Of a stretch of DNA of 64,000 nucleotides, positions 1 through 8,332 are shown piece after piece (position 1 is the first letter of the stretch; each line of letters opens with the position of its first letter). The stretch lies in the IMG/VR virus record IMGVR_UViG_3300027707_000015, positions 942-64,941 of that record. One strand, written 5' to 3'. The translations under genes were made by a program, and so were the position numbers. The notes beneath the pieces were generated by a model that saw only the letters and a program-made list of their open reading frames with translations, was not told the DNA's origin and searched no databases. Source of the DNA: a virus. Lineage: Duplodnaviria > Caudoviricetes.

Positions 1-233
1 TCGTCGCCTTCGATAGCAATATCTTCAAAATCTTCTTCAAGATCGTCATCTTTTTTGTCTTCTTCACCATCGTCATCTTTTTCTTCTTCTTCAGCAATTT
101 CGCTGTCGATCAAAGATTCGTAGATTTCACGTGATGCTGTAACCACGTACTCGTGGAACAGTTCTTCTGCTTTAGCTTGATCGTCGTTGACCAAATGCTC
201 AAGCATTTGTTGTAATAGTTTATTATCGGCCAT
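1..233 (-). CDS. Acidic prohead core/scaffold-like protein (N-terminal part; runs off the window)
   Basis: ATG at 233 with GAGGAG RBS. Reads MADNKLLQQMLEHLVNDDQAKAEELFHEYVVTASREIYESLIDSEIAEEEEKDDDGEED..., very acidic, downstream of portal as for T4 core proteins. Not in the supplied ORF track. Confidence 0.6.
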   Translation of the reverse strand, partial: MADNKLLQQMLEHLVNDDQAKAEELFHEYVVTASREIYESLIDSEIAEEEEKDDDGEEDKKDDDLEEDFEDIAIEGD

Positions 234-266
234 AGTTTATCTCCTCGTATGGTATGGGCTGTTGTT

Positions 267-273
267 TATTTAA
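267..273 (-). promoter_or_regulatory. T4-type late promoter-like motif TTAAATA
   Basis: Variant of TATAAATA upstream of the CDS starting at 233. Confidence 0.45.
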
Positions 274-294
274 CACGAAGATTACAATCTGGCG

Positions 295-951
295 TTAAAT
301 GGTAGTTTTTTGATTGATTTGATTGGAATATATAGTATCAGGAATACTTCTACTAAATTCATCGTAGGTGATATGACTTAGGTTAGTCAAGGTAGGCCCC
401 AGCTTGTCTGGTATAAATGCACCAGGTTCTATTACCCTAAAAAAATGTATGTGACGGAATTCTTTGATTACTTTTTCAGTCTGACTTAACCAGTTTCCGT
501 GGTAAGTGGCGGCATCTGTTGATTTTTTATAGTTAAATGTGTCTGCATAAACATTGTTGAACTTGCCGTTAGTGCCTTGATAATCAAAGCCAAAAATATA
601 GATGGTCTTGTGTTCTTGACTAGCTGCGAACCATAATGCTGTGGGTCCTGAACTCCATCCCTTGTGCGGACTAAAAAAATTAATACCGTGTTTGGTTTGT
701 ATGCCTTTGTTGGGGTTGGTCCATACTTGATGTTTTTTATGATAACCGGATTCAACGATTTCGTTGACCATTTTTACATCTACAGCTATTAGATAATGTG
801 GTTCAAACTCACGATATTGCGCATTGCACCCGTAGATCACACCTTTGGTCATTAGAGCACGAACGTCTAGACAATTTCGGCTGGTGCCATTGCCTATAAC
901 AAATCCGGGATTATTGTGCAGGTGCTGCTTCTTCGCCAACTGGAGTTCCAT
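295..951 (-). CDS. Glycosyltransferase-like protein (DUF115/MAF/GT29-like Rossmann fold); start uncertain
   Basis: Motifs FVIGNGTSR, YGCNAQYR, YLIAVD, WSSGPTA and IYIFGFDY resemble DUF115/sialyltransferase-like proteins. The ATG overlaps the upstream ORF by 41 nt and has no RBS. Confidence 0.5.
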   Translation of the reverse strand: MELQLAKKQHLHNNPGFVIGNGTSRNCLDVRALMTKGVIYGCNAQYREFEPHYLIAVDVKMVNEIVESGYHKKHQVWTNPNKGIQTKHGINFFSPHKGWSSGPTALWFAASQEHKTIYIFGFDYQGTNGKFNNVYADTFNYKKSTDAATYHGNWLSQTEKVIKEFRHIHFFRVIEPGAFIPDKLGPTLTNLSHITYDEFSRSIPDTIYSNQINQKTTI

Positions 952-1162
952 ACATTTGTCTTATAAAGTCCAGTTCAGATTGTGATTCTAATTGATGTGC
1001 TTCGCTCTGAAGCCTCAGTTGATTGATTTGTCGCAGTGTAAGACGTATCTTTCTAGTGTCTTTTTTGCTGATGACACTGCGATCTCTGCTGGACTCATAT
1101 CTGCGATCTTGAGCAAAGTCGTTGTTTTTTTCGTTAAAGTAAAAGAATTCGTTAAGAAGCAT
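911..1162 (-). CDS. Small hypothetical protein downstream of portal
   Basis: 83-aa ORF on the operon strand, preceded by AATAAATA-catt-ATG. Confidence 0.7.
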   Translation of the reverse strand: MLLNEFFYFNEKNNDFAQDRRYESSRDRSVISKKDTRKIRLTLRQINQLRLQSEAHQLESQSELDFIRQMYGTPVGEEAAPAQ

Positions 1163-1166
1163 AATG

Positions 1167-1174
1167 TATTTATT
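1167..1174 (-). promoter_or_regulatory. Late promoter motif AATAAATA
   Basis: Overlaps the portal stop codon, 4 nt before the ATG at 1162. Confidence 0.55.
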
Positions 1175-2882
1175 ATTGAGCTGGTGCTTCTGGTGCTGCT
1201 TCTGCGCTGGCTTCTGCTCCTGGTTCTGCAGCCGCTGCCATGTCTAACGGTGCTTCTGCTTCTTGAGCTCCAGCATCTGCAGCCATGCCTCCGGGTGTTA
1301 CACCTATACCCCGTAGTTGACTTTGTGCATCAGCAGGTGCTTTGAGATTGGCACCGTTTTCTTCGCGCCACAGTCGTTCGTTCTCTTTGACTTCATCTTC
1401 AGTCATTCCTAGGAATCGCTTCATAGCAAAACGCTTGCTGAGATGTGGAATTGCTACTACCTGTGCAAATGTTGCTGCTCGAGCTGTGTCAAGCTCACTT
1501 TGTCGATAGGCAGCAAAATTCTGTGGCTGATTGAATTTAAGTTCAAACAAGCCGCTGTCAATATTCACCCCTTGATCATTGAGCCATAGTTTAAATTCAA
1601 GATCAAATGTCTCAACTATAATGCTTTGCAGCCGTTTGCAGTATTCATTGAAGCGTAGCTCTTGAATATAAGCTGTGCCTACTTTGCCGTCCGATACAGT
1701 GTTAGCCGCTTCATCTATGGATGTAGGCAAGTAAGAAGCAGGAATACGTAGGGCACGGAACAGCTTGTTGGTAAAATAACGTAGGTCAGTGATTTCGCCT
1801 AGGTTAGTACCGCCTGGAAGTGTTTCAACTTTTGATCCACGACCTTCTGCTGTCTGTGGAAAGAAGTAATCTTCGTTTACACTTAGAGGATTATAACTGG
1901 CGTCTATGACGTTGGCTCCGCCACCTGTTGATGAAGGAATACGTCTTTGTTGGATTTCATTCTTCACACGCTCAACAAAACTCATGGCCATGTGTGCTGG
2001 CATGTTTCCAACGTCCACGTAGAAAATACGTCTTTCTGGAGCACGTTGTATACGATAGATAATGATAGCATCTTCAAGCAATTCTTTCTGCTTGTAAACT
2101 TTAAACACAGATTCTAGCAAACTGTTGCCAAATGGATAGTTGTTGTCTAGACCTTCTGATAGACTGAGATGAATAACATGTTTGGCATCTATCGTGATTT
2201 CGTTGGTTTGATTACTAAATCTTGTGCCCACTGAACGTGCTGCATCGCCTGCGAATCCTCTTGCGCCGCCACCGCCGCCAGTTGTGTATGAGCTGGTACC
2301 GCTAGGGGCAGTGTTGGTGGTATTGTGCGGAGTAGTGGCTATGAATTCTTTGAAGTTGAAGTTGAGATCACGGATCACATACTGTTCAGGAATCTTGCCT
2401 TCTGATTCGTTAACGATGATCTTTGTGACCTTGGCAGCATCAACAAACAACCACTTTTTGGTTTCGGGATCGCGAACAAAAAAGCAGTCACCGTACTTGA
2501 ATGCGTTGCGCAGTATGCGGAATATTCTGGTTTCAAAACTGTTCTGTTTGCACCACTTCTGTAGACTATCTTTGAGAATTTTTACTTCAGTGGCAGTTGG
2601 CTCACCGCGGAAAAATGTATGAAACGGTGTGGCGTTTTCTTTGTCTTTTTGAGTGCAGAATTCTGTGAGTATGTCCAAGGCAGCGTTGACTTCTGAGTCC
2701 ATGTCCATGGTATCATACTGCATGTATCGTTCTATGCGATTGGGTGAACCTGCATACACATCTGGCAAATAGCTGGAGTAATTAGCACGAGCGGGACCAG
2801 GGCGACCACGACCACTTATTGGGCTCATGCTGCCGCCCGTGTTGTCTATGTTAACGGGTGTAAAGTATTTTTTCCAGCTCAT
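1173..2882 (-). CDS. gp20: Portal vertex protein (T4 gp20-like)
   Basis: Hallmark T4-portal motifs LEDAIIIYRIQRAPERRIFYVDVGNMP, EDYFFPQTAEGRGSKVETLPGG and YFTNKLFRALRIP. Confidence 0.95.
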   Translation of the reverse strand: MSWKKYFTPVNIDNTGGSMSPISGRGRPGPARANYSSYLPDVYAGSPNRIERYMQYDTMDMDSEVNAALDILTEFCTQKDKENATPFHTFFRGEPTATEVKILKDSLQKWCKQNSFETRIFRILRNAFKYGDCFFVRDPETKKWLFVDAAKVTKIIVNESEGKIPEQYVIRDLNFNFKEFIATTPHNTTNTAPSGTSSYTTGGGGGARGFAGDAARSVGTRFSNQTNEITIDAKHVIHLSLSEGLDNNYPFGNSLLESVFKVYKQKELLEDAIIIYRIQRAPERRIFYVDVGNMPAHMAMSFVERVKNEIQQRRIPSSTGGGANVIDASYNPLSVNEDYFFPQTAEGRGSKVETLPGGTNLGEITDLRYFTNKLFRALRIPASYLPTSIDEAANTVSDGKVGTAYIQELRFNEYCKRLQSIIVETFDLEFKLWLNDQGVNIDSGLFELKFNQPQNFAAYRQSELDTARAATFAQVVAIPHLSKRFAMKRFLGMTEDEVKENERLWREENGANLKAPADAQSQLRGIGVTPGGMAADAGAQEAEAPLDMAAAAEPGAEASAEAAPEAPAQ

Positions 2883-5587
2883 GCTTTGTATAGATTCTTA
2901 TTCAATCCCTTGGTTGCATTAAAGGTTTCGTATGTGTTTATCTGCGTTCCAGCTGCGTGTTGTATCAATAGTGCCATCTTAGTATTTAACTCCGCAAGCA
3001 AGGTTGATGGAGATTCTTGAGATTTTTTATTTTGCTCTTCTTTGGTTTTGGCTTCTGCATCTGCTTTGGTTTTGGCTTCTGCATCTGCTTTGGTTTTGGC
3101 TTCTGCTTCCTGTTTTTTCTTGTCAGCATCGGATACTGCTGCTGCAACTGCGGTATTGGCTTTTTCAGTGGCTGCTGGTTTATCCGGAATCAATGCACTG
3201 CCTTCTCGTGCAGCAAATCCTTTTAATAGATCTTCACTGCTGCCAGTTAAATTTAAACCTGCGCTTTCCTGAGCAGCTTTCTTATCCAATGCATCTTTGG
3301 CTTTTTTGTTGCTGTCTTCTTGTTGTTTGTTAAATCCTGCTTTGGATTTGAGATTTTTTGCATCTAGTCCGGCATGCAGTGCTTCTCGCTTTTCTTCTTT
3401 GGCTGCTGTTTTAGCTGCTGCTGCGGTTTCATCAGCTGCAAGTTTTTTGCCAAGCACAGAGTCTGATTTTGCTGCTTCATTGGTTTTCTTTTCTTCCTGA
3501 ATGTCCTGCAGATTCTGGTCAAAATCTCCTCGCATACCAGGTATCATATTCAGTAACCCAAAAATTCCTTCTTTCAATGACAGCCACAGGCCTTTCATCA
3601 TTAACCCTGTATATTTGAATACATTACCGATATCTGCAGCACTGGTTCCTAGCTGAGTGAAATATCTATACAAAGCAACAACTCCAGCCGATAAGGCAAC
3701 AACTCCAGCTACGAGAGCAATCACCGGCCATGTCGCAGACCACATTGCGGCAGCAACTGCGATCATTGCTGGTATCTGTGCCAACAGTGCTGGCAGCGCC
3801 ATGGCCATCTGAATTCCATAATATATTCCCAATGCCAATGCAAGAGTTGTTAAAATAGGAACCACATTGTTTAACACAAACAAGGTAAGCGTTTGAAATG
3901 CTGGCCACACATAGTCACGAATCAATCCGCCAATCATAGTCAACGCAGGTTCGAAGAAGTTGTACAGATTTTCCCATGCTGCTTGCAGAGCAGGCAGTAG
4001 ATCTATCAATACAAATTCGGCCAGCGACAACAATGCTGGCATCACTGTGTTTTCTAAAAATACTCCAAGATTGGCAAACGCTGGTTCAAGAACATCAAAC
4101 AATATGCCGCCTACGGTGGTTACAACACTTGCCATGATGTTAAATGCTGGTACTAGATATGTCATAACCAGTCCAGCTGTAAATTCAAAAGCTCTCATTA
4201 ACAAATCTAATAATCCGCTGTTGGCTAAGGCTAGTTGGAAACTATTAGAAAACGCTGCCAACGCTTCTTGACTTTTGTTAACATTGGCATTTAATCCGTC
4301 TGTGTTTTTTGCAGCATCGGTTTGAGCTGCTGCTGCATCCTTGGTAGCATCAGTGTTAATTCTCATACCAGCAGCTACATCTGCAGATACAGCAGCCATT
4401 TCAGAACTACTTCTATAGGCTGTTTTATTTCTGTCCATGGTACTCTTGGCTTCTGATTTCATATTATTCAGAGTTTGATTACGTTCCTGGTCTGAAATTT
4501 TAATATTGCTTTGAGTCTGTTGATGCTGCTTTTGCAGTGTTGCATACAATTCAGGATAGGCGGCGGCTAGTTGTCTAGTACTGTCAGTGGTAGCTGATCC
4601 TGAAGATAACACATCTTTAGCAAAATCTTTCAGTCCTTGAGACGGCATTGACTGCACCATGTTTAGCATGGAGTCTGCAACATCTTTGTTTAGTCCCTGC
4701 TGTGCAGCAGCAAATTGTCCGTCTTTGATCAGTCTTTCTCGTTCTTTTTCTTTGTCTGCTCTACTTTCACCTGTGACCTTGGCTAATGCATCCATTTCTT
4801 TGAGATAGTTTTTAGCTCCTTGAGCTAATTCTGCATTGCTTTGTGTGCCTTGGCGGCCTGAGTTTCTTAAATTTTTTGTGTAGTTTGCTAGGCCTGCATT
4901 AATATCTTGCGTAGAATATCCCAAGGCATATAAGTCACTGCCTGTGGCTCGCAGTGCTTTAGATACCTCACCAAATCGTTTAGCACCTGCTTCTACGTTT
5001 GATCCCAACCCCAACATGGCTTCGCCGTTGGCAGCGATCAGACCACCAAACTGCTCCATGGTCATGCCTGCGCTACTGGCAGCAGCACTAAAGGCTGTGA
5101 TACTTCCGCCAAATGTTGCACCTGACTTGGATACTTCGTTGAAGCTTTTTGCCACACTGGTAGCTGCACCTGCTACCGCTGCAAACATAGGACCAACTAT
5201 AGGAATAGATGAAAAAATACCTGCAGCAGCATTTAGATCATTGCCTACATTGGCAAATTGTTTTATAGTATTTGTTACTGCTGAGGACATGCGATCAAGT
5301 CCCCCAACCACTGTGCCTGTGGTGCCGACTAGTGTACCAAATGCTTTGCCTACACCAGAAGCCATTTTGGTCATTATTCCAGGACCGCTGCCACCACCAC
5401 CTCCAGCATTACCACCACCACCGCCTCCAGCATTACCACCACCACCTCCACCAGGACCTGGAGGGCCGGGTCTGCGTGGTCCTCCGCCACTCATTACCGC
5501 GAGAAGTTGCTTCAGCGTTTCCTCTGAAGCGGCATTTTTGGCTTCTACTTGTCCAATTCCTGGAATGTCGATCATTACTGCTGCCAT
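2879..5587 (-). CDS. Tape-measure-like protein (gp29-like)
   Basis: 902 aa, Ala/Gly/Lys-rich helical composition, central hydrophobic segments, adjacent to gp26/gp51-like chaperones. Confidence 0.65.
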   Translation of the reverse strand: MAAVMIDIPGIGQVEAKNAASEETLKQLLAVMSGGGPRRPGPPGPGGGGGGNAGGGGGGNAGGGGGSGPGIMTKMASGVGKAFGTLVGTTGTVVGGLDRMSSAVTNTIKQFANVGNDLNAAAGIFSSIPIVGPMFAAVAGAATSVAKSFNEVSKSGATFGGSITAFSAAASSAGMTMEQFGGLIAANGEAMLGLGSNVEAGAKRFGEVSKALRATGSDLYALGYSTQDINAGLANYTKNLRNSGRQGTQSNAELAQGAKNYLKEMDALAKVTGESRADKEKERERLIKDGQFAAAQQGLNKDVADSMLNMVQSMPSQGLKDFAKDVLSSGSATTDSTRQLAAAYPELYATLQKQHQQTQSNIKISDQERNQTLNNMKSEAKSTMDRNKTAYRSSSEMAAVSADVAAGMRINTDATKDAAAAQTDAAKNTDGLNANVNKSQEALAAFSNSFQLALANSGLLDLLMRAFEFTAGLVMTYLVPAFNIMASVVTTVGGILFDVLEPAFANLGVFLENTVMPALLSLAEFVLIDLLPALQAAWENLYNFFEPALTMIGGLIRDYVWPAFQTLTLFVLNNVVPILTTLALALGIYYGIQMAMALPALLAQIPAMIAVAAAMWSATWPVIALVAGVVALSAGVVALYRYFTQLGTSAADIGNVFKYTGLMMKGLWLSLKEGIFGLLNMIPGMRGDFDQNLQDIQEEKKTNEAAKSDSVLGKKLAADETAAAAKTAAKEEKREALHAGLDAKNLKSKAGFNKQQEDSNKKAKDALDKKAAQESAGLNLTGSSEDLLKGFAAREGSALIPDKPAATEKANTAVAAAVSDADKKKQEAEAKTKADAEAKTKADAEAKTKEEQNKKSQESPSTLLAELNTKMALLIQHAAGTQINTYETFNATKGLNKNLYKA
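3041..3106. repeat. 24-bp tandem repeat (about 2.7 copies) encoding AEAKTKAD
   Basis: tttggttttggcttctgcatctgc at 3041 and 3065, partial copy at 3089. Confidence 0.9.
5391..5453. repeat. Imperfect 21-24-bp repeat encoding GGGGGGNA linkers
   Basis: ccaccaccacc(g)ctccagcatta units in the tape-measure N-terminus. Confidence 0.85.
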
Positions 5588-5615
5588 GTCTTATTTTTTC
5601 CTGGTAAAATGCGCA

Positions 5616-5623
5616 TATAAATA
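5616..5623 (+). promoter_or_regulatory. Late promoter TATAAATA for gp26
   Basis: Exact T4 late consensus upstream of a GGAG RBS and the ATG at 5656. Confidence 0.75.
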
Positions 5624-5638
5624 CACTGTGTACAATAG

Positions 5639-5646
5639 TATTTATT
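5639..5646 (-). promoter_or_regulatory. Late promoter AATAAATA for the tape-measure/portal operon
   Basis: Faces the + strand promoter; upstream of the ATG at 5587. Confidence 0.6.
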
Positions 5647-5655
5647 GGAGATAAA

Positions 5656-6531
5656 ATGAGTGAAATAGTAAAATCATCGCCAGAATCCAAAGGTAAAAAT
5701 CCTTTAGCCAACTGGTTTAGACAACCTAAAATTTATGTTAATCTGCCTAGCAAAGGAAAATTCTATTCTGTGGATTCATTGGATCAAAGCAGCACAGATG
5801 AGTATGCTGTGTATGCAATGACTGCCAAAGATGAACTGATGTTTAAAACTCCTGACGCTATGATTTCAGGTCAGAGCACTGTGGAAGTGATCAAAAGCTG
5901 TATTCCGTCTATTAGAGATCCTTGGCAGATGCCCAGCATTGATCTTGATTTTTGTTTGATAGCTATCAGGATAGCTACCTACGGGGAACACATGGATGTC
6001 ACTGCACCATGTCCTTATTGCAATCATTCAAATGAATACATGTTAGATCTCAACCAATGGATGCAGATGTTTAACAATTTCGTGTTCCAAGATGTGGTTG
6101 AAGTTGATCCCTTGCGTGTTACTATACGTCCATACACCTATAAAGAAACTACCAAAGCAGCTATCAAGAGTTTAGAACAACAAAAAATCTTTCAGATCAT
6201 CAACGATGAAAACATGTCTGATGAGGACAAGTTAGATAAATTTGGCAAGAGTTTTGTTAAATTAACTGAGCTAACTGTGGATGTCATTGCCGATTGCATC
6301 ACAAGAATAGAAACCCCTGATGGCCACAGTGAAGACAAAGCACAGATCAAAGATTTCATCAACAACTGTTCCAAAGATGTGTTTGCTAAGATTTCAGATA
6401 ACCTCACACAGATGAAGACTCAGATCAATCTTGAAATCAAGGACGTGGCCTGTGGAGAATGTGAAAAGAAATTTGATCTTCCTATCACCATGGATCAATC
6501 AAATTTTTTCGCAGTAAAATCTCAAAAATAA
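5656..6531 (+). CDS. gp26: Baseplate hub assembly chaperone (T4 gp26-like)
   Basis: NPLANWFRQPKIYVNLPSKGKFY, MTAKDEL, IDLDFCLIAIRIATYGE, two CxxC pairs, ends NFF-AVKSQK. Confidence 0.85.
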   Translation: MSEIVKSSPESKGKNPLANWFRQPKIYVNLPSKGKFYSVDSLDQSSTDEYAVYAMTAKDELMFKTPDAMISGQSTVEVIKSCIPSIRDPWQMPSIDLDFCLIAIRIATYGEHMDVTAPCPYCNHSNEYMLDLNQWMQMFNNFVFQDVVEVDPLRVTIRPYTYKETTKAAIKSLEQQKIFQIINDENMSDEDKLDKFGKSFVKLTELTVDVIADCITRIETPDGHSEDKAQIKDFINNCSKDVFAKISDNLTQMKTQINLEIKDVACGECEKKFDLPITMDQSNFFAVKSQK

Positions 6532-6552
6532 CTTTGCCGGAGATTTTACTGC
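6501..6552 (+). promoter_or_regulatory. Putative -1 programmed ribosomal frameshift signal
   Basis: In-frame slippery A AAU UUU / U UUU UUC (6501-6510) followed at once by a perfect 13-bp stem (6511-6523 with 6540-6552). The -1 frame is open from 6477 into the next ORF. Confidence 0.75.
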
Positions 6553-6737
6553 TTTCTTCCGATATGGACAAAGAGGCAAAGGCTATAAAGAAAGATGTAC
6601 TCAAATTGTGTTGGTATATGAGAGGACTTTCTTATGCCGAGGTCATGAATATGAGTTGGGAAGAACGAGAAATTGTAGGTGAAATAATAAAAGAAAATTT
6701 AGAAACTACGAAAAAGACTGGCTTGAATTTCTTTTAG
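6534..6737 (+). CDS. gp51-like / gpT-like tail assembly chaperone segment, probably made as the C-terminal part of a frameshift fusion with gp26
   Basis: LCWYMRGLSYAEVMNMSWEEREIV resembles gp51 / P2 gpE'-type domains. The annotated start is a TTG with no RBS, lying in the stem loop. Confidence 0.7.
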   Translation: MPEILLLSSDMDKEAKAIKKDVLKLCWYMRGLSYAEVMNMSWEEREIVGEIIKENLETTKKTGLNFF

Positions 6738-7234
6738 AACAGTGTTGAAAATTGCTGTAATGTACTAATTTGTTTTGAATTCAACTGTTGACCACCAATC
6801 ACTGTTTTCAGCGCCTGAGCTACTGCATCAGGATTATCAGTATCGTACATGTTGTTTTTAACATTGCTGCGTAGAGTTTTTAGCAGTGTTATGTCTGAAG
6901 ACACTAATTGTGACCCGCGAGTAACCAAATCTAAAGTTTGAACTACCGAATCTGCATTTAACGCAGTGGATTTTTCTTGTGCTGCAGGTTCAGCTGCTGC
7001 CACAGGCGCTGCTTTTTTTGTAGGAGTGTCATTACCTCCAAACCATTTTGAAGGATCTAAAAACTTGTCTACAGCAGCAGCTCCTTTTCTATATCCCGCG
7101 ACTGCTCTGGCAGGAGCTGCTGCAATGCCGCCAGCAACTGCGCCAACACCCTTGGCTACTGCGCCAACACCTTGGCCGGCCCTGGTGATGGCCGGATCTA
7201 ATGGTTTGGCTTCGATGAGCTCTTTTATTCTCAT
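6734..7234 (-). CDS. Ala/Pro-rich putative internal head protein (paralog of 7231-8331)
   Basis: Starts MRIKELIE; shares GxGVGxxAKGVGAVAGGxA with the neighbouring ORF. Confidence 0.55.
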   Translation of the reverse strand: MRIKELIEAKPLDPAITRAGQGVGAVAKGVGAVAGGIAAAPARAVAGYRKGAAAVDKFLDPSKWFGGNDTPTKKAAPVAAAEPAAQEKSTALNADSVVQTLDLVTRGSQLVSSDITLLKTLRSNVKNNMYDTDNPDAVAQALKTVIGGQQLNSKQISTLQQFSTLF

Positions 7235-8331
7235 TTTCTAAACACGCTGACTGTTCCTCGTGCTAATCCAGTTTCAAACATCTTCTGCTTGTGCATTTCC
7301 ACTCGTTGAGCCAAGGCTTCTGACAATGCATTTCCGTAATTATTTTTACTGGCAGTCGCAATACCTTTTTCTCTAGCGGCGGCCATTCCGGTTTTAAATC
7401 CACTCTGAGCACTAGCTGCTCCGCCTCCTGCTTTTAATTTAGCTTTAAGTGCTGCTTGATCTGCTGTTTGTTGAGGAGTTAAATTACTGCCTGTTTTTGC
7501 CGCTGTAGGTTCTGCTGCCGGTGTTGCCGCTGTAGGTTCTGCTGCCGGTGTTGCCGCTGCTGGATCTGCTGCTCCTGTTGTTGGCTCTTGAGTCAATTGC
7601 TTGGCCATGTTGTCAAATGCACCTGCACCTGGATCTGCTGCTGCTGCTGGATCTGCTGCTGCCACTGCTGGCTTGGCTTTATTTCTAGCCATAGATTTTT
7701 CAGTTGCGTCAACTTTACCATCTTTGTTTAAATCACGTGGGTCTGCTCCTGGTGCAGGAGCAGCTAGAGATTGTTTCAATAATTGTAGAATACGCCCTTT
7801 GCCTTTTGCGTCTAACTTGTCTATGTTGGCTTTGACCTGTGCATACACGGTTTCTCCTGCTTTGGTAGCAGTTTGATTGTCTGTGACAGCATCAGTTTTG
7901 GCCAACGCTGCACCAGCGGCTCCTGTCTGTGCTTTAGCTGGTGCTGTTCCAGCAGGGCCTGCAGCGTTTATATCTTGAGCTGATGGAGGAGTTGTAGAAG
8001 GTTCTGCCGCTGCTGGTGCTGCTGCTGCCGCTGCTGGTGCTGCTGCTGGCGCTGCTGGTGCTGCTGGTGCTGCTGGTGCTGCTGCTGGTGCTGCTGCTCC
8101 TCCTGCTGGTGCTGCTGGCGGCGGTGGCACATCATCACCTGCTCCGCTTACTACTCCTTTACCTGCTTGAAATCCTTTTTTCATAGCAGCGCCTAGGCCA
8201 GCTACACCACCTGCTACCGCACCAACACCTTTGGCCAGTGTTCCAACCCCTTTGCCCACAGCAGAGCTAATTTTATTTAAAATTGGACCTTCCTCCAACT
8301 GTGATTCTGTGATTATTTCATGAAGTCTCAT
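7231..8331 (-). CDS. Ala/Pro/Gly-rich putative internal head protein
   Basis: Starts MRLHEIITESQLEEG; long AP-rich linkers; DLNKDGKVD motif. Confidence 0.55.
   Translation of the reverse strand: MRLHEIITESQLEEGPILNKISSAVGKGVGTLAKGVGAVAGGVAGLGAAMKKGFQAGKGVVSGAGDDVPPPPAAPAGGAAAPAAAPAAPAAPAAPAAAPAAAAAAPAAAEPSTTPPSAQDINAAGPAGTAPAKAQTGAAGAALAKTDAVTDNQTATKAGETVYAQVKANIDKLDAKGKGRILQLLKQSLAAPAPGADPRDLNKDGKVDATEKSMARNKAKPAVAAADPAAAADPGAGAFDNMAKQLTQEPTTGAADPAAATPAAEPTAATPAAEPTAAKTGSNLTPQQTADQAALKAKLKAGGGAASAQSGFKTGMAAAREKGIATASKNNYGNALSEALAQRVEMHKQKMFETGLARGTVSVFRK
7499..7559. repeat. 27-bp direct tandem repeat x2 (AATPAAEPT)
   Basis: gctgtaggttctgctgccggtgttgcc at 7502 and 7529. Confidence 0.9.
8007..8119. 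repeat. (GCT)n/GGT low-complexity coding repeat (poly Ala-Pro)
   Basis: Runs of gctgctggt encoding AAPAAPAAP. Confidence 0.85.
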
Positions 8332-8332
8332 A

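Noticed and set aside
911-1200. Portal and the next protein both end in APAQ-stop
   Set aside because: Only a 4-residue match within Ala/Pro-rich tails; probably coincidence or an old local duplication.
4944-5654. Long antisense ORFs (4944-5654, 15055-15855, 43881-44372, 42197-42670 and similar)
   Set aside because: Shadow frames of Ala/Gly/Thr-rich genes on the other strand; no independent signals.
3041-8119. Tandem repeats as CRISPR or mini-arrays
   Set aside because: Units are multiples of 3 nt, lack spacers and encode low-complexity linkers.
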